From contig JBMYRC010000007.1 in NCBI GenBank assembly GCA_049601975.1, positions 1,906-65,905 on the forward strand: DNA of 64,000 nucleotides. Reading direction: 5' to 3'. The position numbers were made by a program, and so were the translations under genes. Below the pieces are notes generated by a model. The model saw nothing but the letters and a program-made list of their open reading frames with translations, was not told where the DNA came from and made no database searches. Positions 55,450-64,000 of the stretch are shown here, piece after piece. Position 1 is the stretch's first letter. Each line of letters opens with the position of its first letter. Source of the DNA: Alphaproteobacteria bacterium. GTDB lineage: Bacteria; Pseudomonadota; Alphaproteobacteria; UBA8366.

Positions 55450-56175
55450 ATGAAGTTTCCCGAACCCTTAGTCGAGGGGCGGCTCATACATCGATACAAG
55501 CGATTCCTATCCGATATCGACCTCAACGGTGAGACTGTCGTGGCGCATTGCGCCAATCCAGGCGCCATGACTGGGTTAAACGCTCCAGGCTCGGAAGTAT
55601 GGCTGTCAGCCAACCGCAACCCGAAAGCAAAACTCGATTGGCGCTGGGAGTTGATTCGTGTCGGTGAACATTTTGTCGGCATCAATACTGCCCATCCCAA
55701 CGGTATCGTGGCGGAAGCGATAGAAGCCGGACAGATCGAGGAATTGAGCGGTTACGCAACCCTGCGCCGGGAAGTGAAGTATGGCGAGAATAGCCGGATC
55801 GACATTCTTTTGGAGGATGACGCGCGACCGCCGTGTTACGTCGAAATAAAGAACGTGCACTTGAAACGCGATCTGCCGGGGCGCGGGGATGCGGCCGAGT
55901 TCCCGGATTCCGTGACCAAACGAGGCACCAAGCATCTGGTCGAGATGTCGAATATGGTGCGCGAAGGCGCCAGAGCGGTTATGGTATATCTTGTACAACG
56001 GGGCGATTGCGACCATTTCAGGGTTGCGGAAGATATCGACCCGGCCTACGCATCGGCGCTGACGGAAGCGCGGGTTTGCGGGGTAGAGGTGATTTGTTAT
56101 GAGTGCGCGTTAAGCGTTGAGGAAATCACGGTGGCCGGCAGATTGCCGCTGCGATTGGATGAGGTGACGGTGTGA
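55450..56175 (+). CDS. sfsA: sugar fermentation stimulation protein SfsA
   Basis: MKFPEPLVEGRLIHRYKRFLSDIDLNGETVVAHCANPGAM and YVEIKNV...AEFPDSVTKRGTKHL. Confidence 0.9.
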   Translation: MKFPEPLVEGRLIHRYKRFLSDIDLNGETVVAHCANPGAMTGLNAPGSEVWLSANRNPKAKLDWRWELIRVGEHFVGINTAHPNGIVAEAIEAGQIEELSGYATLRREVKYGENSRIDILLEDDARPPCYVEIKNVHLKRDLPGRGDAAEFPDSVTKRGTKHLVEMSNMVREGARAVMVYLVQRGDCDHFRVAEDIDPAYASALTEARVCGVEVICYECALSVEEITVAGRLPLRLDEVTV

Positions 56176-57020
56176 GAGATAGTGGTATGAACGATCCGCG
56201 ATCCCAGGTGATTGCAATGATGGACCCGGAGCTCGCCGGCGTACAATTGCACGGTCCCGAGGAATTCGAAGGCATGCGTAAGGCGGGGAAGCTCGCCGCG
56301 GAAGTGTTGGACTTTATCACACCGCATGTAGTGCCGGGTGTCAGCACGCTCGAACTCGATACCCTCTGCCATAATTATATCCTCGAGCATGAAGCCATTC
56401 CTGCGCCTCTGAATTATCGCGGTTTTCCGAAATCGATCTGTACATCGGTCAACCATGTCGTCTGTCACGGAATTCCGGAGGAACGAAAACGCCTCGGCAA
56501 CGGCGACATCATTAATATCGATATCACGGTAATCCTGGACGGCTGGCACGGTGATACGAGCCGCATGTTCCTGGTTGGCGATAAGGTTGGTGTACGGGCT
56601 AAGAATCTCGTGCAAACGACATACGAATGCATGATGCGCGCGATCGAAATTGTGCGCCCTGGTGTGACCCTTGGGGATATCGGTCACGCCATTCAATCCT
56701 ATGCGGAAGAGCGGCGGTTTTCAGTCGTGCGAGATTTCTGTGGCCACGGATTGGGGCGCATATTTCACTCACCGCCGAGCGTGATGCATTTTGGAGAACC
56801 CGGCACAGGGCCGCGTTTGGTCGAAGGTATGTTCTTCACCATCGAACCGATGATTAATGCGGGCAAGTATCACACGAAAATCTTGCAGGATGGTTGGACA
56901 GCGGTCACAAAAGACCGCTCGCTTTCGGCCCAGTTCGAGCACAGTCTCGGCGTGACATCGGACGGGTTCGAGATTTTCACGCTGTCATCCAAAGGTTGGA
57001 GCTGCCCGCCCTACGATTAG
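56172..57020 (+). CDS. map: type I methionine aminopeptidase
   Basis: VCHGIP, DITVILDGWHGDTSRMF, GHGLGRIFH, FTIEPM and QFEHSL (metal ligands). The start may be the GTG at 56172 or the ATG at 56187. Confidence 0.93.
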   Translation: MRDSGMNDPRSQVIAMMDPELAGVQLHGPEEFEGMRKAGKLAAEVLDFITPHVVPGVSTLELDTLCHNYILEHEAIPAPLNYRGFPKSICTSVNHVVCHGIPEERKRLGNGDIINIDITVILDGWHGDTSRMFLVGDKVGVRAKNLVQTTYECMMRAIEIVRPGVTLGDIGHAIQSYAEERRFSVVRDFCGHGLGRIFHSPPSVMHFGEPGTGPRLVEGMFFTIEPMINAGKYHTKILQDGWTAVTKDRSLSAQFEHSLGVTSDGFEIFTLSSKGWSCPPYD

Positions 57021-57227
57021 GAGGGATTGCCGGAAACGTATTTGTGTTGTCCGGGGAAAGCTGCAGATGATTCGGCGTGATATCGTTCACTCTGACTTTC
57101 GTATTAATTTGGACACTGTTTTCTCATTACTCTTCCATGGGTAGGTGAGGCGGGAGCGTGGGCAGAGAGCTTCTCTACTGTGCATGCCGTTATCTCTAGG
57201 CCTTGACGGGTACTGGTAAAAATAGTA

Positions 57228-57242
57228 GAACAAAATAAGAAC
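57228..57242 (+). promoter_or_regulatory. alphaproteobacterial LexA (SOS) box GAAC-N7-GAAC upstream of imuA
   Basis: GAACAAAATAAGAAC, 31 nt upstream of the imuA ATG. Confidence 0.75.
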
Positions 57243-57272
57243 AAAATATAACAGCTAAGGTAGGAGTCACAA

Positions 57273-58016
57273 ATGCCCGTCGCCGCACTTGCCCTGCCGG
57301 ATCAAACCGGTACTCGCCCTGTCAATCGCGATCTGCTTGCTGATTTACGCCGACAGGTCGCGGGTTTGGAGCGCGCCGGACAGGTGACGGAAGGCACGGT
57401 GGCGCTTGGCGTGCCGGAGATCGATCGCCATTTGCCCGATGGCGGCCTGGCGGACGGGGCTGTACATGAGGTGATCGGTGGTGCCGTTACTGGATTTGCC
57501 GCATCGATTGCGGCCCGGATCGACGGGCCGGTACTTTGGTGCCTCGATGCGTCCCGGCGCGAAGATCCCTACGGGCCCGGTTTGAAGGCGTTGGGATTAG
57601 ATCCAAAGCGTCTCATTTTGGCGCGTTGCCGTGGGTTGAAGGAAATGCTCTGGACGATGGAGGAGGGGCTCCGCTCGACAGCGCCGTCTCTCGTGATCGC
57701 GGAGCCGGAAGCGAATATCGGACTGATTGAGAGTCGGCGTCTGCAGTTGGCGGCAGAGGCGGGCGGCACATTGGGTCTCATCCTACGTGACGGTGGAGAA
57801 GCCGGACGATTGGCGCCTAGCGCCGTTGCCAGCCGATGGCAAGTCGATCCCGCATCCGGCGGCGGTTGGCATCTGACGTTGCGGCGCTGCCGCGGTGCGA
57901 CGATATCCCGGGACGAATGGAAGGTAAGGTACAATGACGCGACGGGTCATCTCGCTCTGGCTGCCGAGGCTGGGGACCGACCGAGTGCGACGGCGGACCG
58001 GCTCTGTCCCGTCTAA
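57273..58016 (+). CDS. imuA: ImuA (SOS mutagenesis cassette protein, RecA/SulA-like)
   Basis: First gene of the imuA-imuB-dnaE2 cassette, preceded by an SOS box. GGLADGAVHEV and the C-terminal W..DPASGGGWHLTLRRCRG pattern. Confidence 0.75.
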   Translation: MPVAALALPDQTGTRPVNRDLLADLRRQVAGLERAGQVTEGTVALGVPEIDRHLPDGGLADGAVHEVIGGAVTGFAASIAARIDGPVLWCLDASRREDPYGPGLKALGLDPKRLILARCRGLKEMLWTMEEGLRSTAPSLVIAEPEANIGLIESRRLQLAAEAGGTLGLILRDGGEAGRLAPSAVASRWQVDPASGGGWHLTLRRCRGATISRDEWKVRYNDATGHLALAAEAGDRPSATADRLCPV

Positions 58017-59466
58017 TCATCCCTTTGTTCTCACAGCGGACAGTCATAGACGACGCTTACTGACGAGGGTCGATGGAGCGGCGGCGGCGGTGGGTCTGTC
58101 CGCCGGCATCTCACTCGCCGATGCGCGGACGCTGGTACCGGACGTTATCGTACAACCCGATGACCCGGCAAAAACGGCGACATTACTTGCCCGCTTAGCA
58201 GATTGGTGTGGCCGCTACACACCTTGGACATCGATCGATGGAGGGGACGGCATCTGGCTCGATACTGCCGGATGCGCTCATCTCTTTGGTGGCGAAGAAG
58301 CGCTGCTCAAAGATTTGCTCACTCGTCTCTCGCATCTTGGTTTCAGCGGGCAAGCGGCCTTGGCGCCGACGCCGGGAGCAGCCTGGGCATTGGCCCGGTT
58401 CGCGGATGAGCCGATCATTGTAGGGGAGGACGAGACACGGCGCCGGATCGCGTCACTGCCGGTCGCGGGCCTACGCTTGATGCCCGAAGTAGCGTCATCC
58501 TTGAGTCGGCTTGGTCTTCGCCGGATTGGCGATCTCTATTCACTACCCCGCGCACCCTTTGCCGCCCGGTTCGGCGAGGAGACCGCGCGCCGCCTCGATC
58601 AGGCGTTGGGACGCGTCTCGGAGCCTATCTCTCCTCGCCGCTATGTGGCACCTTTCCGCAGTCGTCTTGCCTTCGCTGAGCCGATCGGACATGCGGATGA
58701 CATTACCCGGGGGCTCGATCATTTATTGGGGGATTTGTGCGATCAACTGAGCCATGCCGCGCGGGGGGGAAGACGCCTTGAGCTGACTCTTTTTCGGATC
58801 GACGGATCGGTGCAGGAAGTGGCAGTCGGCACAGCCCGTGCGACCCGCGTAGTCCGGCATCTGGCCCGCCTCTTTCAGGAACGTTTGACGACGCTTGATC
58901 CCGGTTTCGGTGTCGAGACCATGATCCTCTCGGCATCAGTGACAGATAGGTTGGAGGCTGATCAAACGATCCTGAAAGGAGGAACGGGAGACGCCACCGA
59001 ATCCATGGGGGCTTTGTTGGATAGGCTCGGCAACCGGCTCGGCTTTGGCCGCTTGCATTCTCTGCAACCGGGGGAAAGCCACCTGCCGGAGAGCGCACAG
59101 CGTTTAATGCCGGTCTCATTAGAGAGGGAGGGGCCCGCCGCGTCGCGGTGGGAGGGTGAGGGCTCATGCGCCAAAAGACCCGTTCGGCTGCTAAGCGACC
59201 CGGAACCGATGACGCCGATGACACTGGAGGAGGGAGACGGCGCTCCACCACCGGTTTTCCGTTGGCGGCGGCAACTCTATCAACTCCGCCGCATCGATGG
59301 GCCGGAAAGAATTACCCCTGAATGGTGGCGTCAGGACCAGGCCTGGACCGGAGGTACACGCGATTATTGGCGCATCGAGGATGTCGAAGGACGGCGTCTC
59401 TGGCTCTATCGCGAAGGTGGCGGCGTTGAGGAGAGCCGCTGGTTCGTGCATGGCTTGTTTGCCTGA
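57934..59466 (+). CDS. imuB: ImuB (Y-family polymerase-like, catalytically inactive adaptor)
   Basis: The N-terminus RRVISLWLPRLGTDRVRR is typical of ImuB. 510 aa, located between imuA and dnaE2. Confidence 0.85.
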   Translation: MTRRVISLWLPRLGTDRVRRRTGSVPSNHPFVLTADSHRRRLLTRVDGAAAAVGLSAGISLADARTLVPDVIVQPDDPAKTATLLARLADWCGRYTPWTSIDGGDGIWLDTAGCAHLFGGEEALLKDLLTRLSHLGFSGQAALAPTPGAAWALARFADEPIIVGEDETRRRIASLPVAGLRLMPEVASSLSRLGLRRIGDLYSLPRAPFAARFGEETARRLDQALGRVSEPISPRRYVAPFRSRLAFAEPIGHADDITRGLDHLLGDLCDQLSHAARGGRRLELTLFRIDGSVQEVAVGTARATRVVRHLARLFQERLTTLDPGFGVETMILSASVTDRLEADQTILKGGTGDATESMGALLDRLGNRLGFGRLHSLQPGESHLPESAQRLMPVSLEREGPAASRWEGEGSCAKRPVRLLSDPEPMTPMTLEEGDGAPPPVFRWRRQLYQLRRIDGPERITPEWWRQDQAWTGGTRDYWRIEDVEGRRLWLYREGGGVEESRWFVHGLFA

Positions 59467-62400
59467 TGCCATCCTACGCCGAACTCCAGGTCACCACGAA
59501 TTTCAGTTTTCTACGCGGCGCGTCGCATCCCGAGGAAATGGCGTTGCAGGCCGCCGCGTTCGGTTATAGCGCAATCGGCATTGCCGACCGCAACAGTCTA
59601 GCCGGTGTCGTGCGTGCTCATATCGCGGCCAAGGAAGCGAGTATTCAACTTTGCGTCGGAGCGCGGCTCGATCTCGTCGATGGTATCAGCTTGTTGGCTT
59701 ATCCGACTGACCGTGCCGCCTATGGCCGTCTTTCTCGATTGATCACCACCGGCCGTCGCCGCGCGCCGAAAGGCGGGTGCGAGACCGAACGTCAAGACGT
59801 GCTGGAATGGGGTGAGGGGGTTATCTTTCTGGTGGTGTCGCCGACAGACCTCGCCATTCCTGTGCTTGGGGTGCAACTCAACGAACTGAGCACCGCTTTC
59901 CCGGAGAATTGCTATATCGTCGCCAATCATCTGTTACGTGGAGATGATACGGCGCGGCTGGCTTGTCTGGCTGACCTCGCGGCGGCGCATGGCATGCCGT
60001 TGGTCGCGGCGAACGACGCACATATGCATAGCGCCGCGCGCCGCCCTCTCGCCGATGTCGTCACTTGTATCCGCGAGAAATGCACCTTGGACGAGGCCGG
60101 ACATCGTTTGGTGGCGAATGCGGAGCGTCGTTTGAAACCGCCGGAGGAAATGGCGTTGCTGTTTCGGGACTATCCCGATGCCATTGCCCGAACCGTGGAG
60201 ATCGCCGAGAGATGCCGGTTTAGCCTTGATGAATTACGCTATGAATATCCCGATGAAGTGTCGCCGGACGGGACGCCGCCACAAGAAGCGCTCGAAGCGA
60301 TGACTTTGGATGGGGCGAAGCAACGCTATCCAGGTGGTATTCCGCGCGGTGTCCGCGAGCAAATCGAGCATGAGCTAAAATTGATTGGTGAGCTCTCCTA
60401 CGCGCCGTATTTTTTGACGGTCCATGACGCGGTTCGCTTCGCGCGGGCCAACGATATTCTTTGTCAGGGGAGAGGGTCGGCGGCGAACTCCGCCGTTTGT
60501 TATTGCCTCGGCATCACCGCTGTCGACCCTTCGAAGGTCGATCTCCTGTTCGAGCGCTTTGTCTCGGCAGAACGAAACGAGCCGCCGGATATCGACGTTG
60601 ATTTCGAGCACGAGCGCCGCGAGGAGGTCATCCAATATATCTACGAGAAATATGGCCGCGAGCGAGCTGGGATGACAGCGACGGTGATCCACTACCGCAC
60701 CCGCCGTGCCATTCGCGAGGTCGGTAAGGCGCTCGGCCTATCCGAAGATACGGTCGCCGCGTTGGCCTCGCAGACATGGGGGCGCTGGGGGGATGGGGTG
60801 GAGGATGAAAGGGCGCAGGAGCTCGGGTTCGATCTATCCGACCGGCGGCTTCGTCTCGCACTTCGGTTGACCAAGGAGCTGATCGGGTTTCCCCGCCATC
60901 TCTCGCAGCATGTGGGCGGTTTCGTCATCACTCGGGGACGCCTCGACGAGGTGGTGCCGGTCGAGAACGCGGCAATGGAGGACCGCACCGTGATCGAGTG
61001 GGACAAGGACGATCTCGATGCGCTCGGTATCCTCAAGATTGACGTGCTGGCGCTTGGTATGTTGAGCTGTATTCATCGGGGCTTCGATCTGTTGCGCCGC
61101 CATCATGGACGCAACTACGACCTGGCGACTATCCCGCCCGAAGACAGCGCGGTCTACGACATGCTATGCCGAGCGGACTCGCTAGGCGTGTTCCAGGTCG
61201 AGAGTCGGGCCCAGATGTCTTTCCTGCCGCGCATGAAGCCGCGCAATTTCTACGATCTGGTGATTGAGGTGGCGATCGTTCGGCCGGGCCCGATCCAGGG
61301 CGATATGGTGCACCCATATCTCCGTCGCCGGAACGGAGAGGAGAAGGTGACCTATCCCTCGGAAGCACTACGGCAGGTGTTGGAGAAAACCCTCGGCGTA
61401 CCGCTGTTTCAGGAACAAGCAATGAAGATCGCAATTGTTGGCGCCGGGTTCGAGCCTTCGGAGGCGGATCAACTACGCCGGGCGATGGCGACCTTCCGCA
61501 AGACCGGCACCATTCATACCTTCCGTGAGAAGTTCATCGATGGGATGGCGGAGAACGGCTACGAGCGTGAGTTCGCGGACCGCTGCTTCCAGCAGATCGA
61601 AGGTTTCGGCGAGTATGGATTTCCGGAGAGCCATGCGGCGAGTTTCGCGCTCCTGGTCTATGTCTCCGCTTGGCTGAAATGCCGTTATCCGGCGGTTTTC
61701 GCGGCGGCCCTGTTGAATAGTCAGCCGATGGGTTTCTATGCGCCGGCGCAGATCATCCGAGATGTCCGCGAACACGGCATCGAGGTGCGGCCCGTCGACG
61801 TCAATTATTCCGAATGGGACTATACCCTGGAGACTGGTGGGGGTGCACCTGATGGAGCAGGTGGTGGCTACGCGCTGCGGCTTGGCTTTCGACAAGTGAA
61901 AGGGGTGGCCGAGGAAGACGCGAAATGGTTGGTCGCGGCGCGGGGCAACGGCTATCGCGATCCGCTCTCGATCTGGCGGCGGGCCAGCGTCGCGGCCCCG
62001 GCGTTGGAGAAACTGGCACAGGCGGATGCCTTCGCCTCGATGGGGATGTCGCGGCGAGATGCCTTGTGGGCAATCAAACCGTTGCGACGCACCATGTCAC
62101 CCTTACCGCTCTTCGCGGCCGCGGGCGCGGCCGAACTTGGCGAGGAACCGGACGTGTCGTTGCCGTGTATGACCGTCGGCGAGGAGGTCGTGGAAGATTA
62201 CGCCAATCTGCGCCTGACTCTGCGCTCGCATCCGTTGCGTCTGTTGCGCCATCGTTTGCGCCAGACCACGCAATCAAGCCGTCTGGTCGATACGAAGGAC
62301 GGCACGAAGCTTTCGGTCGCGGGGCTTGTGCTCGTGCGCCAACGGCCGGGAACGGCAAAGGGAGTCATCTTTTTGACACTCGAGGACGAGACCGGCGTGG

Positions 62401-62726
62401 CTAATATCATTGTCTGGCCGAAAGTATTGGAGGAGCACCGCCGTGTCGTCCTAACGGCGCGCTTGATGCAGATCACCGGCACATTACAGCGGGAGGGGAT
62501 CGTCACACATCTCATCGCGGATAAGATCGAGGATATGTCAAATTTGCTTGACGGTCTTGGAGGAGAGGAGGGGTTTCAGCTCACCTTCGGTCCGGGTGAC
62601 GGTGTCTCCAACCCCGGTCGCGACGAGAACCCTCCACCGCCAACGCGTTTCGCCGCTATCGCGTCACCGCGTCATCCGAGAGAGCAGGCAAAGGTGATTT
62701 TCCCAGGCAGCCGGGATTTTCATTAA
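59466..62726 (+). CDS. dnaE2: error-prone DNA polymerase DnaE2 (ImuC)
   Basis: PHP domain YAELQVTTNFSFLRGASHPEEM, the Pol III alpha core GRGSAANSAVCYCLGIT and PDIDVDFEH, and an OB fold at the C-terminus. The ATG overlaps the imuB stop (TGATG). Confidence 0.95.
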   Translation: MPSYAELQVTTNFSFLRGASHPEEMALQAAAFGYSAIGIADRNSLAGVVRAHIAAKEASIQLCVGARLDLVDGISLLAYPTDRAAYGRLSRLITTGRRRAPKGGCETERQDVLEWGEGVIFLVVSPTDLAIPVLGVQLNELSTAFPENCYIVANHLLRGDDTARLACLADLAAAHGMPLVAANDAHMHSAARRPLADVVTCIREKCTLDEAGHRLVANAERRLKPPEEMALLFRDYPDAIARTVEIAERCRFSLDELRYEYPDEVSPDGTPPQEALEAMTLDGAKQRYPGGIPRGVREQIEHELKLIGELSYAPYFLTVHDAVRFARANDILCQGRGSAANSAVCYCLGITAVDPSKVDLLFERFVSAERNEPPDIDVDFEHERREEVIQYIYEKYGRERAGMTATVIHYRTRRAIREVGKALGLSEDTVAALASQTWGRWGDGVEDERAQELGFDLSDRRLRLALRLTKELIGFPRHLSQHVGGFVITRGRLDEVVPVENAAMEDRTVIEWDKDDLDALGILKIDVLALGMLSCIHRGFDLLRRHHGRNYDLATIPPEDSAVYDMLCRADSLGVFQVESRAQMSFLPRMKPRNFYDLVIEVAIVRPGPIQGDMVHPYLRRRNGEEKVTYPSEALRQVLEKTLGVPLFQEQAMKIAIVGAGFEPSEADQLRRAMATFRKTGTIHTFREKFIDGMAENGYEREFADRCFQQIEGFGEYGFPESHAASFALLVYVSAWLKCRYPAVFAAALLNSQPMGFYAPAQIIRDVREHGIEVRPVDVNYSEWDYTLETGGGAPDGAGGGYALRLGFRQVKGVAEEDAKWLVAARGNGYRDPLSIWRRASVAAPALEKLAQADAFASMGMSRRDALWAIKPLRRTMSPLPLFAAAGAAELGEEPDVSLPCMTVGEEVVEDYANLRLTLRSHPLRLLRHRLRQTTQSSRLVDTKDGTKLSVAGLVLVRQRPGTAKGVIFLTLEDETGVANIIVWPKVLEEHRRVVLTARLMQITGTLQREGIVTHLIADKIEDMSNLLDGLGGEEGFQLTFGPGDGVSNPGRDENPPPPTRFAAIASPRHPREQAKVIFPGSRDFH

Positions 62727-63055
62727 CAAAAACGGGCCCAAGCCGGTAAAAATATGTCCGAATCGCTCCCAGAAATAGCCCAAATGACGCAGGATTGACG
62801 AACAAAAAATACTAAAGACCAGACCGAATCGGGAATCTAACTGTAGCTGGTACCCATACACCCAAAAAGATCAAAAATCCGACCTGCGCTCTTTCCGTGT
62901 GTCACTCCATTTTGAGAAAATCAAAAGCAGAGAATCAGGTTGAATAGATAAGATCACATAGCCGTCGTCGTCGCGGAAAAGGAATGCCGAGGGCATTCAC
63001 GACGGTTGATTAATACGCCGCTGCGTTTCGCAGCTAGCTGGGAGGGAATATTAGG

Positions 63056-63420
63056 GTGGAATTAAAGCTTCGTATTTTATTGACGTCACTTGTAGTTCCA
63101 GTCGTCGCCAGTTGCACGGACCTGTTACAGGTAAAGGACCATTTCATCGTAGATGCTGCGGCAATAACGTCGACAGTGCAGCGAAGGACATTGTCGGCAT
63201 CGAGCCAGCCCCTCCCATTAATCTCGATACCTACGTCTTCAAAGAGCATCTCTATGATCGCGCGGTCTTCGTAAACGGGGAACTACAGTCAGTACCTCCT
63301 GGTGAGAACCTGACATTCACGACGTCCTATGCGGAAGCCAACGGTAAACCGCAAAAATTAGAGAAAATAAATGATAGAAGTAGAGGGGTAAAAAATGAAA
63401 ATATTACAATAATAAAATAG
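63056..63420 (+). pseudogene. possible frameshifted small lipoprotein gene in the low-GC tail
   Basis: The frame starting at GTG 63056 encodes a lipoprotein-type signal (LLTSLVVPVVASC) and then becomes implausible. A second frame (63112-63420) encodes a more protein-like sequence (IVGIEPAPPINLDTYVFKEHLYDRAVFVNGELQSVPPGENLTF). This is consistent with one frameshift near 63115-63190. Confidence 0.25.
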
Positions 63421-63476
63421 AAACAAATAATATTTCAATAAAATTAATAATAAAGGAATTGTATAATAAAGTATAG

Positions 63477-64000
63477 GCAGGAAAAGACAAAACTATTATT
63501 AATGCCGCTGAGCAACAATTATTCCAAGCCCAACACGAGGAAGTAAGGCTTGCCGCTTATCAAAATCTACTCACGACCGCGATTATTAAGTCGATCGAAA
63601 ATTCCCGTGAGGAATTTAAGGCAAACACTATCAATCCGAAACGGAACGAGTCAGCGGCAAACTATAGCGTTGATCAGGCGATTATTGATGCCAACGATTA
63701 TCACCGCTTATGTTCGTTCTATCGCGGTATCGTTGCGCTTGCGGACGATGATAGGCCGAAGCCGCTCACCCGCGAGGAAATTCTTGCCGAAATCAAACTG
63801 CTTGAGGGGCTCATGGCCGAGCAACAGGCAATTTTTCGAAGGCCCGAGAACGCAGCCAGTACACGGGAGTTTCAAGACGCGAGGTTCCAATGGGACGCCT
63901 ATTCGACGTGCAAGAAACAGCTTACCGCGTTGCTGCTTAATCCTAATACGCCGGGGCGATTTGGGGCGAAGAAGAGACCAACGTCCAAGATCGAGGACGA
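63477..64000 (+). CDS. open reading frame running off the window, no obvious start codon, unknown function
   Basis: The frame is open from the TAG at 63474 to the window end (AEQQLFQAQHEEVRLAAYQNLL...RFGAKKRPTSKIED). The first in-frame ATG is near 63812. Composition is back to about 50% GC. Confidence 0.3.

Noticed and set aside
1-64000. Search by eye for CRISPR arrays, tRNA/rRNA genes, IS elements, integrases, toxin-antitoxin pairs or known defence systems
   Set aside because: I found no regularly spaced direct repeats, no cloverleaf-like or rRNA-like segments in intergenic regions, and no transposase, integrase or defence-type ORFs. Absence is based on visual inspection only and should be confirmed with tRNAscan-SE, Infernal, ISEScan and DefenseFinder/PADLOC.

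Overview
All calls come from reading the translated ORFs and the raw sequence by eye; no homology search, structure prediction or statistics were run. The window looks like a chromosomal segment of an alphaproteobacterium. Diagnostic signs are FlbT/FlaF/FliX regulators, short (~275 aa) Caulobacter-type flagellins, GAAC-N7-GAAC SOS boxes and an imuA-imuB-dnaE2 cassette. GC content is roughly 50% by eye.

Positions 1-37.7 kb form one large flagellar/motility supercluster:
- Two tandem flagellin genes with flbT-flaF, bracketed by four TPR-glycosyltransferase fusion genes (three GT41/SPINDLY-like, one GT9-like) plus a WbqC/DegT sugar-modification pair.
- flgI, a rod-binding protein gene, a flgN-like gene, flgK and flgL.
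- fliX-dksA.
- flgF-flgG-flgA-flgH.
- fliL and fliM, two genes for conserved unknown or MotE-like proteins, cheY, a cheZ-like gene, a MotB-like paralogue, motB, and a gene for a 1171-aa secreted protein with no recognisable family.
- A flhB-C-terminal-like gene, orf94, fliO and fliP.
- flgB-flgC-fliE-fliQ-fliR-flhB.

Five sigma-54 type (-24/-12) promoters with exact GG-N10-GC spacing can be read directly, several with upstream GGCA-N5-TGCC palindromes and IHF-like sites.

Downstream lie, in order:
- a heavily decayed hybrid histidine-kinase pseudogene
- recA (with SOS box) and alaS
- a MoxR-ATPase/VWA pair
- an unrecognised 480-aa protein and a LOG-family protein
- two c-type cytochromes and a LysM protein
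- psd-pssA and a family III CoA-transferase
- an S1-like/TPR protein, sfsA and map
- the SOS-box-controlled imuA-imuB-dnaE2 mutagenesis cassette
- a low-GC tail (62.7-63.5 kb) with degraded or unclear coding capacity

I saw no rRNA, tRNA, CRISPR array, transposase or integrase. The most interesting candidates are the multi-enzyme TPR-glycosyltransferase flagellin-modification module and the motB-coupled giant periplasmic repeat/TPR protein together with an Asp-less MotB paralogue.
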